DNA from: Zootoca vivipara
Lineage: Eukaryota
Direction: 5' to 3'
Assembly: GCF_963506605.1 (NCBI RefSeq)
Contig: NC_083283.1
Span: 67,332,001-67,396,000, forward strand
DNA length: 64,000 nucleotides
Below the pieces are notes generated by a model that saw nothing but the letters and a program-made list of their open reading frames with translations, was not told where the DNA came from and searched no databases. A program made the position numbers and the translations under genes. Shown here in pieces: positions 35,878 through 48,594 of this stretch (position 1 is the stretch's first letter; every line of letters begins with the position of its first letter).

Positions 35878-37388
35878 GGAATGAGTATTATATGGCACTT
35901 GCAAAAGTGCCAGTTCTGCAGTTTTAAGCCATCCAGTGGGCATATCTGGCCCCACAAGTAAACCGGTTCCATGCTCTTGAGAACGTTGAAGTATACTGAA
36001 TCAGAAATGGACTGTACATACCTTAATTTGCCCTGAACACCCCGTGTGAACATAATATTGCACTTATTTACCTGACCACTTGTAGCATTATACCACTGTG
36101 GTACCTGTAAGTGCTCATGTGGCCTACAGCACCCACTTTTCCCATGGCAATTAGGCTTGGAAAAAAGCCCTATTGTAGCCAATAGAAGGGTGTTTTTCCA
36201 GACTAATTGTAGCCCAGGGGGTCTTTTTGGGTAGAGTGTCAATGCTGGTGGGTCGTGGTGGGGAAATAGTTCTCCCCCCCCCCGTGATACCACCACCCTA
36301 TCAAAAATACCTCCTACATCAGAATTAGGCTTGAATAGTACCTACGATAGTGAATACTCTACTCTCTCAAAAATCTGTATGGCACAGTCATTGCAATTAT
36401 CAACATAAAAACAGCAAGATCTCAGTTCATTGTGAGTAGACACAGCTTTCTGAAAGGTAGCAGAAGGTGTTGAAGTGTACACATTATCTTCTGTTTTTGA
36501 ATACAATATATGGGGCAGCTCCCTGTAAGTTTCATTTTCTCTCTTTCTTTCTCATTTTTTAGTTAAATCAAAACTGAGAAGTCATTTTTCTCCCTTTCAT
36601 TTCTATAATCTTTGAGGTGTTTTTTTAAAAAAAAAAACCAAATTTTTTTCCTTTTTTGTCTCTGTTTAATAATGTACTCATTAGCTCACCTTATTACCTC
36701 ACTGTATTCCAAACTGTGTTCATTCAGGCAGAAATAGCTAAAGAATGCCTGATACAGGTTAGAAAACAGACAGCTTTCAGGAATCAGGCCTGTTTTCTCA
36801 TCTTGCTGTCTCATCAGTACTGAAAAACCTACTTTTATTAAGAATTCTGGTTGTGCTTTGCTTTAATTAAGTCCAATAGCAACATGTCTTGGGTCAGATG
36901 GCTTGTCTTTAAGACTCTAAAGGCACAAATAGAGAGCATTATCCAATTCCTTACATGAAAATAAGGATTCAGCATGAGCTAATTAAAAATAAAACTAGGA
37001 AAAATTCAATTTGCTTACACGTGGCAGGTTAATGCAAGGAATCAATGGTTTTACCATTTACCATCTCATTGTATATATGTGTCTTAACTTGCTTTAATCA
37101 TATTTCTTAACAATCTTACTTCACCAGTAAAATATGAAACAGAAACACTGACTTAAAGGTCATAATAAATAACAAGATGAAAGATGAAAAAAATATTTTT
37201 ACATAATTCTAGTAGCACCTTTAGGATCAATTAACAGCTGTCTTATTGCAATTTTTTTTAGAGAAGTTGCTGAATTACAACTCATTACCAAACTAAAAAC
37301 TATGGAGAGACCTGGTCTGAATAGAGATATTGGATTCATGTCCCATTATACATACTAAAGCTAATTTTGGTCATCTATCCCTTTAAAA

Positions 37389-37739
37389 GGGATGGCACTG
37401 TGGGTTAAACCACAGAGCCTAGGGCTTGCCGATCAGAAGGTCGGCGGTTCGAATCCCTGCAACGGGGTGACCTCCCATTGTTTGGTCCCTGCTCCTGCCA
37501 ACCTAGCAGTTCAAAAGCATGTCAAAGTGCAAGTAGATAAATAGGTACTGCTCCAGCGGGAAGGTAAACAGCGTTTCCGTGAGCTGTTCTGGTTCGCCAG
37601 AAACGGCTTAGTCATGCTGGCCACATGACCCGGAAGCTGTACGCCAGCTCCCTCGGCCAGTAAAGCGAGATGAGCACCGCAACCCCAGAGTCGGTCACGA
37701 CTGGACCTAATGGTCAGGGGTCCCTTTACATTTACCTTT
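37389..37739 (+). mobile_element. Sauria SINE (donor locus of the 97-bp flank)
   Basis: Near-full body with an intact B box GGTTCGAATCC; TSD TATCCCTTTAAAA at 37376-37388 and 37739-37751. Confidence 0.93.
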
Positions 37740-38175
37740 ATCCCTTTAAAAATCCATTGCCTTCCCTGTGGAACCAACTGCCATAATAGTCACCAACAGT
37801 TATAAGGTTGAAGCGGACCTCTGCTTCAGAGTATCTGACAAAGTAAATACACCTGAAACTGACTTAAATGAGTAGTTTGCATGATTATGGTACCATCAAT
37901 CCAGCTGCTTCTTTTACCAACATGTTATCTGCATTGGGTGCAACATAATACTGAATATAGACATGCACCCGAGTGCATGGTATAGTAGTGCGAAGAAAGA
38001 AAGATAAAAGTTCAAATGTGCATGGTGTAATGCATGAATTTTCAGCTCAATACTGTAATATCTTCTCAGAAGTAGGTCCTGTGAAGTTTAATAGGACCTA
38101 TTGCCGGGCAAGCATGTACAGGATTGTAGCCTCAGTCACTCAAACTAAATGCTCCTGGCTGCTTTAACTTGATAA

Positions 38176-38308
38176 NNNNNNNNNNNNNNNNNNNNNNNNN
38201 NNNNNNNNNNNNNNNNNNNNNNNNNNNNNNNNNNNNNNNNNNNNNNNNNNNNNNNNNNNNNNNNNNNNNNNNNNNNNNNNNNNNNNNNNNNNNNNNNNNN
38301 NNNNNNNN
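38176..38308. other. Assembly gap (133 N)
   Basis: Run of N. Confidence 1.
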
Positions 38309-38617
38309 CCAAAACAAAACCCACATTCCAATTGTTACACAACTTTTGGGGAGCAGGGGGAAGTCACTTTTGTGGCATAAAATGAGCTTCACTTTTAAGA
38401 AAAGGTTAACATAGGAACAGAGGAAGCTGTCATGTCTAATACAGAAGGTCGAAACATATTCTAAAATGTCGAATCTCCAAGATTTATGGGTTTCAAAGTG
38501 TTTCAAGGTTGATATAAATCCAGAAGGTTAAAAACTATTCCATAGCACATAGCACACTGGCTATTAACCCAGATCCTGGTGAGTTAACTGACATCAAGCC
38601 AGAATTCCCTGTTTTGG

Positions 38618-38796
38618 GACATAATAGGAACATAGGAAGCTGCCTTATACAGAGTCAGACCACTGGTCCATCACTGGCAGCACCTCTCCAGAGTTTCAGA
38701 TGAGGTATCTCTCAGGCCTTCCTATGAATGATTCTGGTGATTGATTCTAGTACTTTCTCTATGCAGAGCAAATGCTGTGAGCTGCATCCCTTCCCC
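38618..38796 (-). mobile_element. Old tRNA-derived squamate SINE
   Basis: Tail reads TATAAGGCAGCTTCCTATGTTCC on the minus strand; related to 57812-57976. Confidence 0.6.
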
Positions 38797-38955
38797 TGAA
38801 ATTTAAATCTAACAATGTATGCATTTCGTTTGCCCACTGGCTCTAAACATTTGGAACTCTCATGCACTTTTCTACGTCACTATTCATACTCCCCCCCTTT
38901 TTTGCAGAAGACTGGATTCATCAGTAAGGGACAGGATGCAAGGATTAATCTAATG

Positions 38956-39091
38956 CAGACATAGGCAACCTTGGCTCTCCAGATGTTTTGGAACTACAAA
39001 TCCCATGATCCCTGACCACTGCCCCTGTTAGCTAGGAATCATGGGAGTTGTAGTTCCAAAACATCTGGAGAGCCAAAGTTGCCTATGCCTG
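38956..39091. mobile_element. Palindromic hAT MITE
   Basis: CAGACATAGGCAAC...GTTGCCTATGCCTG; TSD ATCTAATG at 38948-38955 and 39092-39099. Confidence 0.92.
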
Positions 39092-40487
39092 ATCTAATGG
39101 AAAAAGTAAATTAAATACAACGTTAGATGTCAAACAAGTGTGCAGCGGGAGAAAATATATAAGCAGGAAGACAAACAGTCTCACAGATGGAGCTGGATTT
39201 ACATTTTGTTTTTGTTCTGAAATTGAAAAGGGAGGGAGACACTTATCTAGACATAAAATTGACAGGTGCCTGGGTAGCCACGCCTGATCGCAGGTATCTG
39301 GTGCAGGTCTCCACGTGCAATGTACCTTTCAAAATTAAGTGATTATGACACTAAATGCTGAAGTATCTGAACTGCACAGAAGAGTGGAAAGCAATTATTA
39401 GCTGTAAATATGAATATCTGCTTGCCATCAATTTATGCTAAATGCTTAGGTATTCAGAGATATTTCTATGTCCGGGCCTCCTCTCGGAACAATAATAATG
39501 AACTTTAACTTTCTTCTACTAGTCAGATCAAATTGGTAAACAGGGGATCTCAGAGAGGCATTGTTTATTTTGGAGCAAAATGCCAGAAAGTGAGATTTTT
39601 TCTAATCAGCAGATATGCGCCTTCTTTTGCAGGGGGAAATAGGTGAGGGGGTTACTACTTTGGAGCAAGGTGAGCTTGACTGATCCCCCTAAGGTTTGAA
39701 AAAGGTTAAGGCCAAACAGATTTTAAGATCTGCAAGTTATTATACTCAATTTTGTCACGCATTTAAAAAAACCCAAACACGTCTGCTTCAGAGTCTATCA
39801 TGAAATATAAATGAGAATTTTCATTTATTGTTTCATGGGCCAGTAATTTCTTTTCATTATGATTGTTTCTTTAATGTCAAAAACTCTGCCCATGATTGGG
39901 TGAACACAGGCACTTAATGAGTCAGTGTGTTTCTATATCTGTGCCTCCTCTGAGAGCAATAATCATCAACTTCTGCTTTCTTTTAATCAGTCAGATCACC
40001 AAGGCAAACAGTGGATCCCCAGGGCCACTGCTTATTTTGGAGAAAAATATTAAAATGTGGGATTCCCCCCACCTCCTAATTCAGGCTACCTTACAAAGCT
40101 GCACATCACATAATGGCAATATAATATACACCCTGCCTGAATTCATCACAGCACATAATTTAATATGCAATAAATTAGTAATGCAAGTGCTTAACACTAC
40201 ACACCACTTATCACATAAATGAGCAAACCACATAGCTGATCCACTGCATTATAAAATAAAAACTTGCCTGTTAATTCAAGAAATGCATGCGCTCACCAAA
40301 GGCACTTTTACACACAGGAAACAGGTAGAAGGACATCAGGACGCCATTCCCATTCTCATGTTTTTGGATTGGATGGTGAGCCTAGCTCTGTGCTGGAACA
40401 AAATGGACTCGAGAGGAGCAAAGCACTTGTGAGCTCTTCTCTAGCAGCCTACACATTTGCACAGTCCTGGGAAATGACAGTTTGGCT

Positions 40488-40685
40488 CATAGGAGCCAAC
40501 GCCTAGGGGCTGAGGGGTCTTCAGCCCCCACCTTAATAAAATACTTGAGGGGGCTGAGCCTCCCACATAGTGGATGGCCATTGGCATTCAAATGGTGTGC
40601 GTGCACCGTGTCATGTGATCGATTATGTGGGGCAGGGCTTACCTACTGCCCCCACCCCCCAATATTTTATTCATGTTGGCACCTC
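40488..40685. mobile_element. Non-autonomous DNA-transposon-like repeat
   Basis: Homologous to 33525-33715; termini AGGAGCCAAC...GTTGGCACCT. Confidence 0.55.
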
Positions 40686-40734
40686 TTGGTTTAGTTTACT
40701 GTGTTGTGCAAACTAGGCTCTGTATGGAAGATTC

Positions 40735-41056
40735 ATGACAGATAGTTAAACTATGGAACTTGCTCCCATGGAGGCAGTGATGGCCACCAACTTGGAAGGC
40801 TTTAAAAGAGGATTAGACAAATTCATGGAGGATAAGGCTGTCAATGGCTACCAGCCATGATGGCTGTGCTCTGCCTCTGTGGTTGAAGGCAGCAATGCTC
40901 CCAAATACCACTTGCTGGAAACCACAGGAGGGGAACGTGCTCTTGTGCTTGGGTCTTGCTTGTGGGTTTCCCCATAGACACCTGTTTGGCCCCTGAGTGA
41001 ACAGGATGCTAGACTAGATGGGCCATTGGCCTGATGCAGCACTTCTTATGTTCCTA
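40735..41056 (+). mobile_element. CR1 LINE 3' end
   Basis: 'VKLWNLLP..V..A...GFKRGLDKFMED' relic, 3' UTR ending TTCTTATGTTC. Confidence 0.85.
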
Positions 41057-41374
41057 TAAATATATATTGCTTTTTGGGCACAAATTTGAGGGTACCTGTC
41101 TATTTCAGATGCACTGCTCCTTTTTGCAGTCTCTGCAAAATGCCCTTCTGCTCTTTCCACTCAACTCTTAAAAGCAGATGGAGTCTTTCTGAGGGCAGGG
41201 CATGCTACACAATAAGGGACTTGTGAGAGATGTGCTCCTAAGAAAGGCAGGGACATGGGGTAGTAGTGGTAACAGCATCACAAGACCCAAAATGTTGAAT
41301 TCAGCATGGGCCGAAGCTGGTACTAGCTGCCATTCAGGGCTCGCTCCACAAGCGCCATAGCACAGTAAACTACA

Positions 41375-41445
41375 CAGGGCCGTCTTAAGCATATCTGGCG
41401 CCCTGGCGCCCTGCGCCACCCAGCCTTGCCGTAGGGCCGGCCCTG
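41375..41445. mobile_element. 71-bp hAT (Tip100-like) MITE
   Basis: TIR CAGGGCCG/CGGCCCTG; flanks AAACTACA and AAACTATG are both explicable as CpG decay of an AAACTACG TSD. Confidence 0.75.
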
Positions 41446-42484
41446 AAACTATGTCATCAGCAAGGGTCAGCTCTGTAATTGAAGCACTTGAACAAGCCAG
41501 GTCTGCCTCAGCTCTCTTCATAAGACGGGCACAAGAATTGTGAAGTAAGAACAAAGAACTCGAGAAAACTTTTGAAAAACAAATGCCACACAGTATTTAG
41601 GCAAATTGACTGAATGCTTAAACCTGTTTAATTTTTGAATCATCTCATTTCATATAATCTACAAGTTGAAACAGCTGAAGCATAAAATGTGTTTGAAATT
41701 GAACAAGTTTAAATATTGAGTCAATTTTGTCACAAATGTGTTTGCATATTAAGGCATTAAAATGAATTCCAGCTCCAATACTGAGCTGATGAAGAAAGAG
41801 TTGGACCAGGGGAGTGGGGGGGGGGAGATGATTAAGGGCAGCCAATAAAATTACCAAACATCAAATGCCAGAAAACCCCAGAGTTTATTTAATCTTAGCA
41901 AGGCTGCCCAAGCAAATGAATAAGAGGAAACTCAGTAAGGCAGCATATAAGCAGAAGCTGACAGTAGATTCGATATCATGAAATACGGAACACTCAGCTC
42001 CAGGAAGTTGGATGCATTTCTCAAAGGATTCAATGTTTATTCTTCAAGCAGAGCATCAAGCTGGGGAAGGTAGCAGGAAAGTCCAAGTATTCTTCCAGCC
42101 TTCAGAAAGTAGACTTGCATGTAACTAAGCTCTATTTCCATTTGAATAGTCAAATACATTAGGGGAAGGGCCATAATTTGCTGGTTTGGCATGTATTTTG
42201 CATACACCAAGTCCCAATTCAACCCTATTAGGGCTGGCAAAGATCCCCCCCCCCGCTGGAATCTAAACACATGGGCTTGCCTGAAGTAGTTTTGGATTGC
42301 AACCACTAGTCCAATGTGCAACAAACTTACTAGGAACTTACTACACAGTCACAGTTAGGAACTGACAAAATCTGTCTCTCCCCACCCCCTGAGTTTCTTG
42401 GGGTTTTCCCCCCATCTTAAGTTTAGTTTGCACGAAAATTCTTGCCTGAGACATTAGTGTGCATTTTTCTACAATGACACTTTG

Positions 42485-42660
42485 GTCAAGAGCTGCCAAG
42501 AGGTCATGGAGAATGAGCTGGATCACACTCCTTCCCCCATTTCTGTCCTGGCAAATGTCATCAGCCAGAGTGACCAACATTTCTTCAGGGCCAAGACTGG
42601 TCCTCAAATAAGACCGAAATGAATTCTGATGTTCAGTTTCCTCCAAACATGCCTGAAAGT
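42485..42660 (-). mobile_element. Old L2 RT-domain fragment
   Basis: The minus ORF contains 'QNSFR...EEMLVTLADDI...LILHDLLAALD', a decayed RT motif (Q.GFR; L.LLDLSAAFD). Confidence 0.65.
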
Positions 42661-44774
42661 GGGCTGCCAAAAAGGCCAAAAAGGGAATAGTCACCAATAG
42701 GCGATAGTTGTTGAACACTTCTTGGTTCTAAAAAAAAAGGCCCCCTTAAGAATGGAACACACATCACTTTCTTCAAGGCAGATGGAACCTCCCCCTATTC
42801 CAAGGAAACAATCTCTCAAGGAAAGCATGAATATATGCATTTTTATGCACACTTTCCCTAATACATGCATTTCTGCACACATTATTTGTTTGGAATATTG
42901 CACTTCAAAATTTAGGGAAGTGAATTTTTTTTTTTGACAGAGCTGCATTTTAGTCAGTGTATTGTTGAAGAAATGTGAATTGGATAGGTTTGTATTAAAC
43001 TGTGAACTGACCCAAATTTCTCCCTCCATCTTAGAGGCAGGAGAGGACTATTTGTGCAGCTGGTGTGGAAGCATGTCGTAGTGCTCATTTTATCCACAAT
43101 GGTCTTCTTAGATGCTCTTTACATGCCCACCCAGAGCTACCAGCCAACCACACAAAACAAAATGAACCATATTAGTTCAGGTTCAGCATCTCTCTCTGAT
43201 TTTTCATATCACATATCCCCTTTTGAGAGTGTATCCCGCACTTCAAGAGGAGTATTGGTTTCTTTTTCTGGTGGACAAACAAACTGGTATTATAGTCTGA
43301 AAAAAAATATCATAGTTTAATAAATATAATAGATATAAATACTGATTTTTCCCCTTGCCTTTCCATCACACATAAAGCAACATGCGCATGTATGTTCCAG
43401 ATATTTGAAGTGTCTTCTTTTTAAAGATTGGGGGGCACTATGTTACCATTCCTGCTTTCTTGACTTGAATAGGATAAATTGCCATGGTTACCTCTTCCGC
43501 ATTGTTGAGACTTTGAAATACACCTCTAGTTCACTTCACTTTTCCAAGTGCAAAGCTTAACTCTTAACAAATTTAGGAAGACTTTTCGTAAGGGTACTAA
43601 TGTGTCTCCCCACCACACAAAACGAAGAAGCTCTTTTGAATTTTCTTAATGCCTCCAGCTTCCTTCCATGCCTGCCTAAACCAACAGTTGCAGCAAACCT
43701 CCAAATCAACAGCCTTGTCAGAAAGAATAATCTAAAATTAATGTGCGCTTGTCGACATGTATTACCACTCCTGACAAGGATGCTTTGCCTGCACTGGCTA
43801 CAAACCGACAATCTTTCAGAAGCTGTTTGCTCATTGCCAAGGTCTAACAGCTGATAGAGAGCAGAGATAAAGCAGGGAGTCTGATTTCAAATGATAAGCG
43901 CAATGGTTCCTGACACGTAAGACTCTAAGTGAATTTTCAGAAGCTTTTCAAATTGCTTACTCCCCCCCCCTCCTTCCTATCATTGTTTGCTTTATTCTCA
44001 CTGGTGATTGTTATCTCATTTATACAATCCACTCAGAAGAACCATCCTGATCAGTTTTCAACATCTTTGTTCAACACCGTTAAAATGTAACTTGCTGGGA
44101 TTTAACATGAATAATCCAAAATATGGTAAGTCTCAGAATGCACAGTCTAAATTGTTAACTTTATGAATTAGCTTTATATTTATGTTTTAGCTCTGTTTAG
44201 AATTCAAAATAAATATTTGCTGGGTCAACAACTGGAAGCTGAACTACATCGGTGCCACACTGCAAAGCCATTGATGCAAACTGAATTTCAACTACAGTTA
44301 TGAAGCATACAAAAATAATACATTAAAATGTTCACATTACACCATGTTTAAAAATAGGGAAATGGGTATATGTGAGAAAATAACATGTTCATGAAAGCAA
44401 AATATTAGTTCATCTGAAATTAAATCACGAACCTAAAAAAAAAGTCCCCAGGCTTTTATATGTTAACACATAAAATGGTGATATTCTCATAATACTCATT
44501 AAAAGTGAAGAATATCTTAGTTTGTTCTTTGTTAGAACAAAGCACAACAATTACTAGGACTATTTGTTAAGTACGATCGTAAATAATTGCAGGTTGCTTC
44601 AGGAAAGAGGTAGCAACACAGTTTCTCATATTATTCTCATTTTCTCAATTTACAATAGCATTTTTTCTTAAGGAGCCCAAATCATCATCATCATCATCAT
44701 CATGTCAGATAAATATCAGCCTCATAGTATATGCTTAGCTCTAGTTAATACACGAAGGGGTTAAGACCATAAAG

Positions 44775-44910
44775 CAGGCATCCCCAACCTTTGGCCCTCC
44801 AGATGTTTTGGACTACAGTTCCCATAGTCCCTGACCACTGGTCCTGTTAGCTAGGGATCATGCGAGTTGTAGGCCAAAACATCTGGAGAGCCACAGGTTG
44901 GGGATGCCTG
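44775..44910. mobile_element. Palindromic hAT MITE
   Basis: CAGGCATCCCCAACCT...AGGTTGGGGATGCCTG; TSD CCATAAAG/CCACAAAG. Confidence 0.9.
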
Positions 44911-45049
44911 CCACAAAGTAAGCAGTCCAACCAGACTAGGTCATGCCTCCTCACTTTGGGAAGAAGGGTTACCAAAGCCTTTGTTCATTCTCTTCCACCA
45001 TTTGAATCCGACCAGAAAGGACGTCTGAGCTAAATAGAATCTAATCATC

Positions 45050-45306
45050 ATCATTATATTTATACCCCACCTATCTGGCTGGGTTTCCCCACTCACTCTG
45101 AGAGGCTTACAGCAAATATAAAAAATTGTAAAACATCAGACACTAATACAATCCACTTACAAAAAATTGTAAAACATCAGACACTAAAAATTTCCCAATA
45201 CACGACTGCCTTAAGATGTTTTCTAAAAGTCAGAGAGTTGTTTATTTCCTTGACATCTGATGGGAGGGCACTCCACAGGGCGGGCATCACTACCAAGAAG
45301 GCCCTT
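45050..45306 (-). mobile_element. L2 3' end with internal local duplication
   Basis: Reverse complement of the L2 3' end at 61.8-62.0 kb; AAAAAATTGTAAAACATCAGACACTAA occurs twice. Confidence 0.78.
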
Positions 45307-46115
45307 CAAGATTAGACTGCATGGCTTTAGCAAGCCATTTTTGTGTTTCTATACAAATAATTTAGAAACTCTTACCTTTTCAAAACTAAGTTAAACTGTT
45401 TTCTTGCTGCTGTATGGGAAAGCACCTTCAAAGACTTTGTAAGTCAACTATTTTTAACTTGCCAAACATGTGGTCTCTTTCCATGCTAAGGGAAGTAAGG
45501 GGAACTTTGGAGGAAACTTAAAAGGTGATATTTCCATGCATTACTCTGCTTCATGCTTTGTGATTTTAAATCTCTCCTAGGGCTCTCTCACCAAGAAAGT
45601 ATTTGCCCAAAACCTGGATATAGGCATCCAGGGAATTTTCATTCTATTATTTTACACCAATTAAAACAAAGCATTAAAAACCAACACATGAGAGGGTATA
45701 TCTATGCTACAGATATATACTGAAATAGAGCATTCAAACCACTTCACACATATTCCCCATACACTGCATACAGTGATGCTGAAAAAGAATTAAGGTGCTA
45801 CTGGAAGGATTTTTTTTATTTTGTTCAGGCCCATGAGACAGCCAAGATTCAAACTAGGAATTTCCTAATTCACAGCTCAGTGTCTTAGCCACCACAGATT
45901 TCTAATAGTGTACTCAGGTGGTTGAGCACTGACACTACTGGAGCAAAGCTTGGCAACTCAGAGGTAAGAACCCCAAAGTATATAGAAGTGCACATTTTTC
46001 TTAAAAAAAACAAAAGCAAAAACAAACCCAGACCAATGAGGACTGAGGATGTGCAGTAGCCTTCAATAATCATAAAATATTGTGTGTCAGTTGCAAAACA
46101 CACACACATACAGAA

Positions 46116-46117
<2 letters not shown>

Positions 46118-46200
<83 letters not shown>
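46118..46200. repeat. Compound (TG)n(AG)n microsatellite
   Basis: Direct reading of the sequence. Confidence 0.97.
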
Positions 46201-46204
<4 letters not shown>

Positions 46205-46326
46205 TGCCTGCCCAAGTCTTTACCAGCTTTGCAACATTTGTTGGAGTGTTACCTGGATTTATTTGATAGTGATTCCTTCATTATAAGGATTCCTGCCCAG
46301 TTCCATTAGATGGGCTAAGACTAGTA

Positions 46327-46558
46327 CAGTGGTACCTTGGATCCCGAACGCAATCCGTTCTATAAGTTCGTTCGACTTCCAAAACATTCGCAAACCAACA
46401 CAAACTTCTGATTGGCTCCGGAAACAATGCTGACAGCCGAAACAGACATTCAGCTTCATAAGAAACCTTCACAAACCGGAACACTTACTTCTGGCTTTGC
46501 AACGTTTGGGAGCTGATTTTTTCAGGAGCCAAGCCGTTCGGGAACCAAGGTACCACTG
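46327..46558. mobile_element. Tigger/pogo-like MITE
   Basis: TA|CAGTGGTACCTTGGATCCCGAACG...CGTTCGGGAACCAAGGTACCACTG|TA. Confidence 0.9.
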
Positions 46559-48350
46559 TATCCCTAATGAAATTGCCAGCATACTCAGCAGATGACGATT
46601 CCCAAGATCCCCAGAGTGGCAGCCTTGATAGTTAAATGGATATAAACCGGATATGAATTTGCAGTACTGTATGCTTGGAACGAGCTTTCTACCTGGTGAT
46701 GGGTTGATGTGCTGGAGGGAAGTGAGGATGCAGGGAGTTCCATTCACTCTGCACTAACTACACAAGAAATTGCCGCTGGCATCTCTGTGCACAACACAGC
46801 CTTATGCTCAACACGAGCCATCACTGTGTGGTTTTCAAGTGTTTGTAAATCACCGTCTGCTCTCCATTGATTTGTGCCAGATGGAAAGAACATACTATGT
46901 CTGGGAAAGGAGGAAGCGAGGTGAGTGGCGCTAAATACTTATGCTTTATTTCCTACGTAACAGAGATGGATGCCTCTTTCCTCAACCCAGCAGGAAATAT
47001 CTGCCAGTAGCGACTCCCAACAGATCCAAAAATAGTTCCAAGGTTTTCAAAATGTCTCCCAGAGAAATGCTGCATGTCTTTATCAATACTATGAATATGT
47101 GTCAGGCTTCCTGCCCATGTTTTCTGCTTCCCGCCAGCAAAGAGCTTAAAGCCTAGCCTCCCAGTATCTTTCTCTTTGCTTGAAGCGCCAGGCAAAACAG
47201 CTCTAGTAGCTGATGCAAGCAAGGCAATGGATTTTTTTCCCTACTAGTTGCCTGCAGTCACAAGGGGCTGCTGAATAACCATGAAAAGAACAGTCCAAGT
47301 GAGGGAGTGTTTCAGGCCTTTTCCACACAGTCAATTCAATCAGTTTTGGTTTAATTCATGTGGAAGAAAAGAAATAAAAAGAGAGCTGGTGTAACACAAC
47401 AGCTATGAGTAGGAGCCGGGAAGTCTCCACTTCAAATATCCCTCTAGGATTAAGCTCACTAGGTGGCCTTAAAGAAGCCATCGTTTCTCAGCCTCAGTCC
47501 TTGATATGTAATATGGGGACAATCCTGCTCTGACCAACCTGCTCCGACTTTCAGGACTGGTGTAAATATTGCTGAGATTATGTGCAATTCAACGAACACG
47601 TAATGTATAAATCATGTGAATAGTAATAATGCTATTGGCATTCCTCTGTCTCAAGAGACAATGGAGTGCACCTCTGGGGGTGAATAATAACAATACTATT
47701 ATCATCGTAACAGCACGATGTAAAATACCCAAAGATACAGGCTGGAATCCACAGAAGTCCTACATGAGTGGAAATGCATTTCTGTTTGTAGGAGGGAGCC
47801 AAGCGAAATTCTTTTGATTTTCCCGTTCCATTGCAGACCCCCCGATCCAAATAAATAAAGATAACAATGAGTACTGCTGTGCCAGAGATGGCACAATTTT
47901 AGGAAATGCATATATGTTTAAATTTATTGTACAACATCAGTTGAAACACCTAACATCAACTACAGGATTCATAAGAGAGGCGCATGGCATGGCACATGTA
48001 TCAGAAGAACCTGCCAACTGGTAAACATCCACATTAATTTTGCAAAAACTAGTAGTTAGCTGTCCACATGTCACCCATAATTTAATACTGCACACAAACT
48101 GGATTACAGAGTCTGACATGACAAGAAGCTAACAGCACCAGCAGACCTTTTAAATAAACAAAGAGCATCTGCAGGAAGAGTTGCAGTGTTGATACAAGAG
48201 ACTCGCTCGTAGTAAAATGTACACCTAATTAGAGAAGGAGAACACCACTGCTTTGAGATTTTATTTGTGGTATAGAAATGAAAGGGAGAACAACAATAAC
48301 AATCAGGATCCCGCTTTAAGGCTCCCATTTGCACACTGGTAGCCACATCT

Positions 48351-48594
48351 CTGCCAACCTAGCATTTCGAAAGCACGTCAAAGTGCAAGTAGATAAATAG
48401 GTACCGCTACAGCGGGAAGGTAAATGGCGTTTCCATGCGCTGCTCTGGTTCGCCAGAAGCGGCTTTGTCATGCTGGCCACATGACCTGGAAGCTATACGC
48501 CGGCTCCCTCGGCCAATAACGCAAGATGAGCACCGCAACCCCAGAGTCGGTCACGACTGGACCAAATGGTCAGGGGTCCCCTTTACCTTTACTT
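48351..48594 (+). mobile_element. Sauria SINE, 5'-truncated
   Basis: Lacks the tRNA head; TSD TAGCCACATCTCT at 48340-48352 and 48595-48607. Confidence 0.92.

Noticed and set aside
18459-37836. Segmental duplication as the explanation of the shared SINE flank
   Set aside because: The left flanks are unrelated, each SINE has its own TSD, and homology stops after 97 bp.
38132-38506. ORFs spanning the N run
   Set aside because: Artefacts of the assembly gap.
45790-45826. Second Penelope-like terminus fragment (TTAAGGTGCTACTGGAAGG...TTTTATTTTG)
   Set aside because: It matches the end of the 7-198 element but is only ~35 bp with no ribozyme core; too short to call confidently.
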